A DNA stretch of 45,632 nucleotides from assembly GCA_003225595.1 (NCBI GenBank), contig QIAR01000216.1:1-45632 (forward strand), written 5' to 3'. The stretch is from Acidobacteriota bacterium (lineage in GTDB: Bacteria > Acidobacteriota > Terriglobia > Terriglobales > Acidobacteriaceae). The position numbers and the translations under genes were made by a program. Positions within the stretch are counted from its first letter, which is position 1. The number at the start of each line of letters is the position of its first letter. Positions 16,696-25,149 of the stretch are shown here, piece by piece. The notes below the pieces were generated by a model. The model had not been told where the DNA came from, ran no database searches, and worked only from the letters and a program-made list of their open reading frames with translations.

Positions 16696-17943
16696 TCATT
16701 TCGCTGCGGAGACTGCGGCCGCCTTCTCCACCGGCCAACCCGCGCTCACAAATGCCAGCACGTACACCAAGCCGATTATGGCGAAGCCGCCGCTCAGGCT
16801 GATCCTGTGTGCGACCGTGCCCACCAGCAATCCGAGCACGACTTGCAGAAAGGTTCCGGCAAAATAGAAAGTGTTCTGGACTCTTCCCATGAAGTACGAA
16901 GGAACTTGTTCCATCAGACCGGTATTCATGGCTATCCCACTCACTCCGCGCGCCGAGCCCATAACCCCGTATAGGAGGACGGCAACGGCCAGCAATCGGG
17001 AAAACGGAGACGCGGTCATGCAAAGTGCCAGCAGAGCCATCGAAATCGCAATGGAGCTTCGCGCACCTAATCTAGCGATCACTTTTGGAGCATAAACTGC
17101 GCTCAGAAAGGCACCCACCCCCCATCCGGCGTTGAGCCAACCGTAACCGACAGCGCCAGCGTGAAAGATACGATCGCTTAACGGAGCCGTCACCACTATC
17201 CCGGTTAACATCGCCCCCAGAAACAGCGCCCAACTTATACCAATAAGGACCACACTACGATGGTCACGCAGGAAGTGGATGCCTTCCCGCAGTTCGCGCC
17301 AGAAGCGCTCCAATCCACTCTCGACGGCGATGATGTCTGCTCGTAATTCCGCCGGTCGCGGTACTACGTGGTGGCCTTTCCGAACAGCGAAATAACAGAG
17401 GAACGACACGACGTATGTGCTGAAGTCGATTAGCAACACGCCGCCCAGCCCGATATGGTTGTAGACGAAGCCGACGATCGAACCGGCGATTAACCATCCG
17501 CCCTGGATTCCAGCCAGCAAGAACGTGTTGGCGTGAACGAACTCACCCTCGGGCGTGAGTTCCTGGACCAGCGCGGTGATGGTAGGCCAGAACATCCAGA
17601 ATCCCGCCGCGACCAAAGTATTCATCAGATAAAGCTGCCAGACATGAACCTTGCCAATGTAGGCAAGAACGGACATGGTCAGAATAACGATGGCGCGCCC
17701 CGCGTCGAGCATCATGACTAGTCGTCGTCGGTCCTCGCGGTCGATGATGACGCCGGTGAAAGGCAGCATCAACATCGCGGGGATCGTCTGCAACACGGCC
17801 AGCGTGCCCAGTGCCATCTCAGAGTGCGTGGCTTGCAGGATGAACCAGGCGACTGCAGCGGAGTTCATCCCGCTGCCCAGCATGGAGATAACGTTGGCCC
17901 CGAACACGAAGCGCAGGGCGCGCTTCTGCAGAATGGCGCGCAT
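16696..17943 (-). CDS. MFS transporter
   Basis: 415 aa with about 12 TM helices. The motif between TM2 and TM3 (GVIIDREDRRRLVMM) is typical of the MFS_3/EntS-like group. Confidence 0.75.
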   Translation of the reverse strand: MRAILQKRALRFVFGANVISMLGSGMNSAAVAWFILQATHSEMALGTLAVLQTIPAMLMLPFTGVIIDREDRRRLVMMLDAGRAIVILTMSVLAYIGKVHVWQLYLMNTLVAAGFWMFWPTITALVQELTPEGEFVHANTFLLAGIQGGWLIAGSIVGFVYNHIGLGGVLLIDFSTYVVSFLCYFAVRKGHHVVPRPAELRADIIAVESGLERFWRELREGIHFLRDHRSVVLIGISWALFLGAMLTGIVVTAPLSDRIFHAGAVGYGWLNAGWGVGAFLSAVYAPKVIARLGARSSIAISMALLALCMTASPFSRLLAVAVLLYGVMGSARGVSGIAMNTGLMEQVPSYFMGRVQNTFYFAGTFLQVVLGLLVGTVAHRISLSGGFAIIGLVYVLAFVSAGWPVEKAAAVSAAK

Positions 17944-18052
17944 CGTTCAAATTTAAATGAAAAGTAAGTGTCAGCCAATCGGCCGCAGAAGTGCCCTTCG
18001 GCTAACCCCCCCGTTCGACAGAAATCGATAGTGGGCCGGTGGCAGCTTCCAC

Positions 18053-18127
18053 GAATCGCGAATCGCGAACTGTTGACACAATTGATGACATGAAGCGTTT
18101 TGACACGCGTACGTATCCCGTTGACAC
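18053..18127. repeat. (GAATCGC)x2.7 followed by four TGACA boxes (three as TTGACAC)
   Basis: GAATCGC occurs at 18053 and 18060, followed by GAAC. TTGACAC occurs at 18073-18079, 18100-18106 and 18121-18127. An extra TGACA is at 18086-18090. The region lies between the divergent MFS and ABM genes. Confidence 0.7.
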
Positions 18128-18292
18128 CCGTCCAGGCGTAGGGTTTGCGGAGACCTCGAAGAGTGCTGTTGCTCAGCTCTCACCCACCACTGATCGGATA
18201 CGATTCAAAGCTAGTGGTTCCGTGTTTTCTGGGGTAACCTGCTTGGGGTGACAAACATCTCTCTTCAAACCCATCCAGCAAGGAGGCAAGCA

Positions 18293-18616
18293 ATGTTTTC
18301 GCGCATCATCAGTTGCACCATCAATCCGGCTAAGGTCAATGAGTTCAAGAACGCGCTCAACAATGAGTTTCTGCCGCGCATCCAGGCGCAGGCGGGATTC
18401 CTCGAAAATATCGAGTCGCTGGACCCAGCCACAGGCCAATTCTCCTGCGTAACGCTGTGGAAGACTGCGTCGGACGTCGACAATTATCACAACGGGCTGT
18501 TTCAAGAAGTCGCAGCGAAACTGGTCCCCCTGATGCAGGGGAATCCAACCGTGCAGACGCTACCAGTCGAGAACTCCTCAGCCCATAACATTCAAGCGGG
18601 TAAGGCGGCAGCATGA
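18293..18616 (+). CDS. small ABM (antibiotic-biosynthesis-monooxygenase-like, ferredoxin-fold) domain protein
   Basis: 107 aa from ATG 18293, with RBS AAGGAGG 7 nt upstream. An ABM-like pattern is present (PGFLENIESLDPATGQFSCVTLWKTASDVD). The function is not assignable. Confidence 0.45.
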   Translation: MFSRIISCTINPAKVNEFKNALNNEFLPRIQAQAGFLENIESLDPATGQFSCVTLWKTASDVDNYHNGLFQEVAAKLVPLMQGNPTVQTLPVENSSAHNIQAGKAAA

Positions 18617-18629
18617 AATTTGCTTGACG

Positions 18630-18666
18630 AGACAGGCGATTCATCCAGGGTCGCCTGTCTTGTTTT
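18630..18666 (+). terminator. rho-independent terminator
   Basis: Perfect 10-bp stem AGACAGGCGA / TCGCCTGTCT with an 11-nt loop, followed by TGTTTT. Confidence 0.7.
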
Positions 18667-18754
18667 CCCGTCGCTGGAGAGCGAGCCGCGGTGAAAAAAA
18701 TCAGGCGATGCTTTTGACATCTTCCCTGCAATCGTATACTGCTACTGCCTCTGC

Positions 18755-19417
18755 ATGCGGCTCGACTTAAAGCGGCTCTTCAAAAAAGAAAAACAGGAAC
18801 ACCGCATCCTGCGCCAGATTGAGCGCAGCGGTGACCTTGTGCAGCCCGAGTATCATCGCGCAACTCCGGAATGTCCGCACCCGGAGCGATGGAGCATGTT
18901 CGACTCGATGACCGCCGAGGTCGAAGTGCTGGAATTCCTGCGCGCCGTGGTGACCACAATTAAACCGGAACTGGTGGTCGAGACCGGCGCCTTCAGTGGC
19001 ATCAGCACTCTTTGGATCGCGGAGGGTCTCAAAGCGAACGGACGGGGAAGAGTCATCAGTTGTGAATTCGATCCGGTAGTGTATGCAAAGGCGAAAGAGC
19101 GGATTGAGAATTCCAACCTAGCTAGATGGATTGAGCTCCGCAACGAATCCAGCCTGGAGATGAAAGTCGAGGGCACAATCGACCTGTTCTTCGGCGACAG
19201 TGACATTCCCGTTCGCGAGCAGGAAGTCCGACGCCTCCTGCCGCAGATCAGTCCTTATGGTTTGATTCTGATGCACGATGCCAGTTCGCACCTGAAGCTG
19301 GTGCGCGAGGCCGCTTTGAAATTGGAAGCCGAGGGCCTGATTTCGGTCGTGCTTTTGCCTACTCCGCGCGGGCTGGTCGTTGCCCAGAAACGAGCAGGGC
19401 GTGATGTGAGTTCGTGA
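18755..19417 (+). CDS. class I SAM-dependent (O-)methyltransferase
   Basis: 220 aa. It has a SAM-binding motif I-like VVETGAFSGISTLWIAEGL, an acidic loop (ISCEFDP) and IDLFFGDSD, as in Methyltransf_24/CmcI-like enzymes. Confidence 0.6.
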   Translation: MRLDLKRLFKKEKQEHRILRQIERSGDLVQPEYHRATPECPHPERWSMFDSMTAEVEVLEFLRAVVTTIKPELVVETGAFSGISTLWIAEGLKANGRGRVISCEFDPVVYAKAKERIENSNLARWIELRNESSLEMKVEGTIDLFFGDSDIPVREQEVRRLLPQISPYGLILMHDASSHLKLVREAALKLEAEGLISVVLLPTPRGLVVAQKRAGRDVSS

Positions 19418-19565
19418 CCCGGGTCTCTACCCCGGTCATCGGCAGGTCTGAGAACGTCCTGCAGAGTTGCGTGCCCTTCAGTCTTGCCTAGCATGCCATT
19501 CGGCGCTAGCAATCGGGCTACAAAGGTTTAAAACGTGCTATCGATCGCATACGGGGAGGTGACCT

Positions 19566-20608
19566 ATGGAGCGCATTCGCTGTCATGCTCTCGTGCTCGC
19601 CATTGTTCTTCTTCCTCTAATCTGCCGGGCACAAGTGGACAGGATCGTAATTGCTGCTGGAACGCCGGAGGATCAGGCGCTTCAGGCAATTTCCAACGAA
19701 CAAGATGGACAGAAGAAGGTCAGGTTGTACGAGGATTTTCTACAGAAATTCGCCTGGCAGGTGCTCCCCATAATCTGGACATCCTCGTCTCGCAGACTAA
19801 TCTCGCGCAGCAGATGAAGGACAACGCCAAGATCATGGAATACGCAACCAGGGGCGGCGAGGCGTACAACTCAATCGCCAAGCAGCCCAAGCCCGAAGGC
19901 ATCAGCGACGAGGAATTCGCTAGACAACTCGATGAACAAAAGACCGTGACTAAGAGCTCGTATGAGTTTCTCGAGACGGCGGCTTTCAATGCAATCGCCG
20001 ACGAGAAAGATGCCAAGAAGCGCATGTCATACATCGAACATTTCACCACGGCGTTTCCCGATCCACGCTTCCAGGAACAAGTGGCGCAATACGCCATGTA
20101 CACAGTTGGCCCGGGACAGCTCAATGATTCAGCGCGCCTGTTGGCGTATGGCGAAAAGACTGTCGCAAACAACCCGAACAGCGTGCCCGCACTCCTGCTG
20201 CTGGCCAACGCCTACGTCGACGAGTCGAAGCCGGGGAGTATCAGTAAGGCAGTCAGTTATTCTCAAAAGGTGATTGCGCTTGCCAAGGCGAATTCGCCCG
20301 AGGCCGACCGTTCGAGCAAGCTCTCGTCAGGAGTAGCGCATTCCACGCTCGGCTACGCCTACATGAAGCAGGACAAGACGGCCGCGGCCATAACAGAGCT
20401 GAAATTGGCATCTGGTTTGCTGAAGGGACAAGATGAGGTTGCTTATGCGACGGCGCTGTACCGTCTGGGCTACGCGTATGCCAAGCTCAACCACGTCGAT
20501 GAAGCACGAAATGTGCTGAATGAAGCAGTACAGATCCCAGGGCCAGTGCAGCAGCCTTCCCGCGATCTGCTTGCCAAAGTAAACAGCGCGCGGGCGAGAG
20601 GGAAATGA
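19566..20608 (+). pseudogene. TPR-repeat secreted protein, frame-disrupted near 19745-19770
   Basis: The signal peptide and N-terminus (MERIRCHALVLAIVLLPLICRAQVDRIVIAAGTPEDQALQAI...LYEDFLQKFA) are in frame 3 (ORF 19566-19817). The TPR body (PHNLDILVSQTNLAQQMKDNAKIMEYATRGG...LYRLGYAYAKLNHVDEARNVLNEAV) is in frame 2 (ORF 19535-20608). The first ~70 codons of that second ORF look non-coding. Confidence 0.6.
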
Positions 20609-20684
20609 TCTCAGAGAAAAGTCTGAGCGCCTGCCTAAGAATTCCATAGGCTGTGAAGCCGGAAGCCGGTAGCTGTCCGCCCTT

Positions 20685-21374
20685 CTAATGCTTCGGAAGC
20701 TCATCAGAAAGCAAATGTGCCTTCATCGCCAGGTTATGCCCACGCTGAAGATCGCCCTCCTTGATCGCGTCCTTGGCCTGTTGCATGAACGAATGGATCT
20801 GATCCACCATGGCCTGCTGGTTGGAGTTGAGTTGGCGGCCAGAAATCCTCTTCAGATTCCCGTCAGTAGAGGCCAGCAATTGCGTGGCATTTTGGCGTTG
20901 GTGAGAGGCCTGGGCCCCCGGCATCCCGGGAGCAAGCAGAGCACTGGCCTCGGTGGTTCCCCCCTCCCGCACAATGATCTTATTCCGGCGTGAGCGCCTG
21001 TGTTTGCGATGGTGAGTCTTTGATGCAGAGGCTGACGATTGCTTCGATTTGTCGCTCGGAATGCTAGAAGTCGAGCTTGCTGGTGGTGTTCCTGCCTGCT
21101 GCTTGCCCGACGAACCTTCCTGAGTCTGTCCTCCTTGGGAAGCCACCGGTTGTTCCTCAGATGTTTTTTCTTGCGGTGTTTGGCTTGGTTCCACCGACTC
21201 GGATTCCTTCGGAGAAGCCGTGGATTCATTCTGGGGGTTAGGGTTGGCCGAGGTCTGTGATGAAACAGGTTGCCTTTGCGCCGGTGGCGCTTCGGCTGGG
21301 GCTTGGGAAAGTGCGCCCGCCGCTGAGGAAATACTCAGTAGCGCGCACACCCCGAGTATCCCGGCTAGGTACAT
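20685..21374 (-). CDS. secreted low-complexity protein, hypothetical
   Basis: 229 aa. It has a hydrophobic signal-like N-terminus, a ~110-aa Ser/Thr/Pro/Gln/Glu-rich region, a basic patch (HHRKHRRSRRNK) and a helical C-terminal ~70 aa. It lies downstream of the sensor kinase on the same strand. Confidence 0.5.
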   Translation of the reverse strand: MYLAGILGVCALLSISSAAGALSQAPAEAPPAQRQPVSSQTSANPNPQNESTASPKESESVEPSQTPQEKTSEEQPVASQGGQTQEGSSGKQQAGTPPASSTSSIPSDKSKQSSASASKTHHRKHRRSRRNKIIVREGGTTEASALLAPGMPGAQASHQRQNATQLLASTDGNLKRISGRQLNSNQQAMVDQIHSFMQQAKDAIKEGDLQRGHNLAMKAHLLSDELPKH

Positions 21375-21472
21375 AACTGAGTTCCTGCGATGCTGGAGGT
21401 CTCCCGTCAGCAGTCGCTCTTAAATTGTATCTTCGAGCAGAGTTCCTCGCGCAATTACTTTCGCGTCGAAGG

Positions 21473-23341
21473 TTAATCTCGAGTAGCGAGTTCTCTTAAG
21501 GCGTCCAGTGGGGATTCGGCCAAGGGGAGTTGCAGGCGAAACGTCGTGCCCTTCCCATCCCTCGACTCGAAATCCACAGATCCGTAATGCCACTGCATGA
21601 TCTGGTAAGTCTGGGCGAGGCCGATTCCGCTGCCTTCCTTTTTGGTGGTGAAGTAAAGCTCGAAAATTTTGTCCTGGATCTCGGGGGGGATGCCTCCGCC
21701 TTGGTCTCGGATTTCGGTGACGACGATGTCCTCGTCGCGTCGTGCGGCGACGCTGAGGGTGCCTCCGCTGGGCATGGCCTGTACTCCATTTAGCATGATG
21801 TTGAGGACCGCCTGCTTCATGAAGTCCGTGTCAACCTTGACGTTCAAGGGCTCGGCGGGAAATTCTAGATTGATGTTTACGCCGTGCTGCTCGGCCTCAG
21901 GGGCTGCCAAAAGCGTTACATCTTCCAAGAGATGGCACAGGTCGATTTCTTCCAGGTGCAGGTCACGCGGACGGGTGAAATCCACCAGGATCTGCACTAC
22001 ACGGTCCAGCCGATGAATTTCATTACCAATAATTTCCATGTGACGCCGCGTGTCGGGGTCGATCTGCTGAAGTTTGTTCTGCAGCAATTGCAAGTGAAGC
22101 ACGATGGCATTGATAGGATTTTTGACTTCGTGGGCGACTCCGCGAGTGAGCCGGCTGCTGGCGGAAAGGCGGCGCGACATTTCGATTTCATCTTCGATGC
22201 GTCGCACCGACTCGGCGTCACGCATGGTTAAGAGCGCGCCGATGTGCGATCCCTTTTCCTGAATGAAGTCGAGTGAAACCTGTACTCGCCTGCCTTTTTC
22301 CCCTTCCATCTCGCTCTGAACCAGCGGGCGGCGCCGTTCGAAAGCTTCGATAACCAGCGCGCCCAGCGGAGAAGTCTCGGAAAAGAGCTCCTTGGCGGTG
22401 TGCCCTAGGATCTCACGACGCGGACGGCCCAGAAAGCGCTCCGCCGAGGCGCTCACCAGCACGACACGCAAGTCCTGGGTAAAAAATATAAGGCCATCTT
22501 GTAGTGTGGCCATTACTTGTTCAACATTTTCTTTCAGAGCAGAAAATATCTGGTTTGTATCCCGGATCTGGCGGCCCAGATGGGCGATCTTGAGCGTGAC
22601 CATGCCGTATTCATCAGCCTGCGATTCTCCTTCGGCCTCCACTACCTCGGCCTCACCAGCGCTCACACTGTCGAGGTTGCGGCTGATTTCCTTAAGGGGA
22701 CCGAGTGCCAGATTCGACACTCCGGCTGAGAGAAGCAGAGACAGCAGAATCGCGGCAATCGAGAACAACACCGCGTGCTTCAGCCGCGGCGTAAGTTCGT
22801 CCTTCAGGAAGACGGTCGAGATACCCACGCGGATACTGCCAAACGGAGCGCCATCCAGTTGCAATGGCACACTGACGTCATAGACTGTGGCTGGACTGTA
22901 GACGAGCCGGAGCTGCTGCCAGAAACGTGCGTCGCGCAAAACCTGGAAATCCGGATGGGCGATCAAACGTTTGTTGTTCAGGTCTGGATTGCTGTCGAGG
23001 ATCGCCCGGCCATCCACACCGACAATGGCCGCGTCGTACACGATCGACCAGTTGCCGACCACTGATTCCAGCATATTGTTGAGGTTCTGGTCTTCCTGGA
23101 GATACTCCCCGGTCGCCTCGCGGACAGCTGCAGGATCGCTGGTATCCACGCGCGTGCTGCTAAGGTCGGGCACTGCGTTCGCGGCGGCAGAGGCAAGTTG
23201 TGCCGTGTACAGGATGGCGAGCTCGGACGCAGAATTAACCCGTTGCCGCAGGACTTGAGAAATATACAGATAGGAAAATCCTGACACCAACACCGCGATC
23301 ATGAAAGTGATGGCGAGTACGATTTTGGTTTTCCTGCGCAT
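21473..23341 (-). CDS. sensor histidine kinase (periplasmic sensor, PAS, HisKA, HATPase_c; NtrB/AtoS-like)
   Basis: 622 aa. Two TM helices flank a ~150-aa loop. The H-box is GVAHEVKNPINAI, the N-box NIMLNGVQAM, G1 DQGGGIP and G2 GSGIGL. Confidence 0.85.
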   Translation of the reverse strand: MRRKTKIVLAITFMIAVLVSGFSYLYISQVLRQRVNSASELAILYTAQLASAAANAVPDLSSTRVDTSDPAAVREATGEYLQEDQNLNNMLESVVGNWSIVYDAAIVGVDGRAILDSNPDLNNKRLIAHPDFQVLRDARFWQQLRLVYSPATVYDVSVPLQLDGAPFGSIRVGISTVFLKDELTPRLKHAVLFSIAAILLSLLLSAGVSNLALGPLKEISRNLDSVSAGEAEVVEAEGESQADEYGMVTLKIAHLGRQIRDTNQIFSALKENVEQVMATLQDGLIFFTQDLRVVLVSASAERFLGRPRREILGHTAKELFSETSPLGALVIEAFERRRPLVQSEMEGEKGRRVQVSLDFIQEKGSHIGALLTMRDAESVRRIEDEIEMSRRLSASSRLTRGVAHEVKNPINAIVLHLQLLQNKLQQIDPDTRRHMEIIGNEIHRLDRVVQILVDFTRPRDLHLEEIDLCHLLEDVTLLAAPEAEQHGVNINLEFPAEPLNVKVDTDFMKQAVLNIMLNGVQAMPSGGTLSVAARRDEDIVVTEIRDQGGGIPPEIQDKIFELYFTTKKEGSGIGLAQTYQIMQWHYGSVDFESRDGKGTTFRLQLPLAESPLDALRELATRD

Positions 23342-23427
23342 TGCTCAGCAACAAGCTCTGAGCGGGTCGGCCTGCCGACATCTCAGAACTAGTGCGAATC
23401 TCCAACCCGGCAGGGTGCGCGAAGGGT

Positions 23428-24825
23428 TCAGTCCTCCTTGCCGAGGGTACCGTCGCCCGCCGCGCTGCCGTATTCCTTAAGCTTATTATGAAGTGTTTTG
23501 AGGCTGATGCCGAGAATTTCGGCGGCACGCGTTTTGTTATTGTGAGTCGATTCCAGTGTCTTGAGGATGAGCAGCTTCTCCCCTTGCTCGACAGTCGTGC
23601 CGACGCCCAGTCTTACGGCATCCGGGTCGTTGACGGCCGGACGGACCGTGGTCTGTCCGAAGCCCGGCGGCAAGTGCCTGGTCTCGATGACCGCGCCCTC
23701 ACACACGATAACCGCACGCTCAAGCGCGTTGCGCAATTCGCGAACGTTCCCAGGCCAGGAATAATTGTTGAAGGCATTGAGTACAGCTTCGCTAACGGTT
23801 GCCACCTTCCGGCCATGTCTGGCGCTCATTTCGGCAAGCAGTGCTCGCACCAATTCCGGAATGTCTTCCTTGTGCTCCCGAAGTGGCGGCATGTGGACGT
23901 TGAAAACGTTGAGCCGATAGTAAAGATCCTGACGCAATTCACCATTGGCGACGGCCTCCTCGGGGACTTTGTTGGTAGCAGTGAGAACGCGCACATCAAC
24001 GGTAGTTTCCACCTTGCTGCCGAGGCGGCGGAGCTTGCGGTCCTCGAGTACGCGCAACAGCTTGGCCTGCGTTGCCACGGGCATCTCGCCAATTTCGTCC
24101 AGCAGCAAAGTTCCCCCTTCCGCCAGCTCGAAGCAGCCGGTACGGCGCTCGAGAGCTCCAGTGAATGCGCCCTTCTCATGGCCGAAGATTTCACTTTCAA
24201 TCAGAGTTTCCGGGATAGCCGCGCAGTTGATGGGAAGGAACGGTTTATTCCTTCGCGGGCTAAGATCGTGAATTGTGCGCGCGACGAGTTCTTTGCCGGT
24301 TCCGCTTGCGCCAGTGATGAGGACGGAGGCAGTGCTGGGAGCTACCATCTCGATTAGATGAAAAATCTCCTGCATTTTTTTGGAGGCGCCAACCAACTCG
24401 CCCAGCGAGCCGCTATCGCGCAACTTCCGCCTAGTGACCTCAAGCTCTGTCCGTGTCCCTAGAAGTGCAGAGGCATTCTGCAGGATGGTTCGCAACCGGT
24501 TGGTATCAATCGGCTTCTGGACATAGTCATAGGCGCCCATGCGCATCGCCTGTACAGCGCTGTCAATAGTCCCCTGGGCAGTAACCACGATCACGGCCAT
24601 AGTTTGATTTTGTTCCGCCAGCCGCTCCAGCAAGTCCATGCCGCTCATACGAGGCATCTTCAGGTCTGTCACGATGATCGCGGGCGACCAGTGAGTGACC
24701 TTATCCATACCCTCCATTCCGTCCTTGGCGGTTTCTGTACGATAGCCCCAGGCGGAAATCAATTCGGCGAGACCAGTGCGTTCGTTTTCCTCGTCTTCGA
24801 TGATCAGTACTCTCTCATTATTCAT
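23428..24825 (-). CDS. sigma-54-dependent Fis-family response regulator (NtrC family)
   Basis: It has a REC domain (MNNERVLIIEDE...IIVTDLKMP...YVQKP), an AAA+ domain with GAFTGA (GHEKGAFTGA) and a Fis-type HTH (AAEILGISLKTLHNKLKEY). I prefer the ATG at 24825. The ORF is open to ATG 24888. Confidence 0.85.
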   Translation of the reverse strand: MNNERVLIIEDEENERTGLAELISAWGYRTETAKDGMEGMDKVTHWSPAIIVTDLKMPRMSGMDLLERLAEQNQTMAVIVVTAQGTIDSAVQAMRMGAYDYVQKPIDTNRLRTILQNASALLGTRTELEVTRRKLRDSGSLGELVGASKKMQEIFHLIEMVAPSTASVLITGASGTGKELVARTIHDLSPRRNKPFLPINCAAIPETLIESEIFGHEKGAFTGALERRTGCFELAEGGTLLLDEIGEMPVATQAKLLRVLEDRKLRRLGSKVETTVDVRVLTATNKVPEEAVANGELRQDLYYRLNVFNVHMPPLREHKEDIPELVRALLAEMSARHGRKVATVSEAVLNAFNNYSWPGNVRELRNALERAVIVCEGAVIETRHLPPGFGQTTVRPAVNDPDAVRLGVGTTVEQGEKLLILKTLESTHNNKTRAAEILGISLKTLHNKLKEYGSAAGDGTLGKED

Positions 24826-25149
24826 CAGGCCACTATTATTCCGGCTTTCTGCTGTTTCAAGCAAGGCCACACCATGGTTTGCCACCACCGAACTCTGCGG
24901 TGAGCAATCGGGCCAAAGCGCAGTTTGCGCTGCAATATCAATGTGAGACGAAAATCAGCGCTATGCGAGCTAATTGTTGTTGCCACAAGTGGTACGCGAT
25001 GTGGAAAGATTAGCAGCGCCAATCCTTCAGTTCCGGCTTTTTGTGCTGTAAAATTCGCAAATTAAAGAAATACCTACTTTGTCACAGCCGTACAGCTCCT
25101 AAGATTGTATCTCGGTGGAAATTAAGGCTAGCGTAGTTCGGAGGATTAT

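Noticed and set aside
20406-20420. Perfect sigma-54 core TGGCAT-N5-TTGC (TGGCATCTGGTTTGC).
   Set aside because: It lies inside the TPR coding sequence (codons ...KLASGLL...). Downstream on that strand are only about 190 nt of the same gene and then convergent genes. It is most likely a chance match. It could only drive an antisense transcript, for which I have no evidence.
21375-21472. GG-N10-GC match (CGGGAGACCTCCAGC on the minus strand) upstream of the secreted low-complexity protein gene.
   Set aside because: Only the two dinucleotides match. It is also too close to the ATG to leave room for a transcription start plus RBS.
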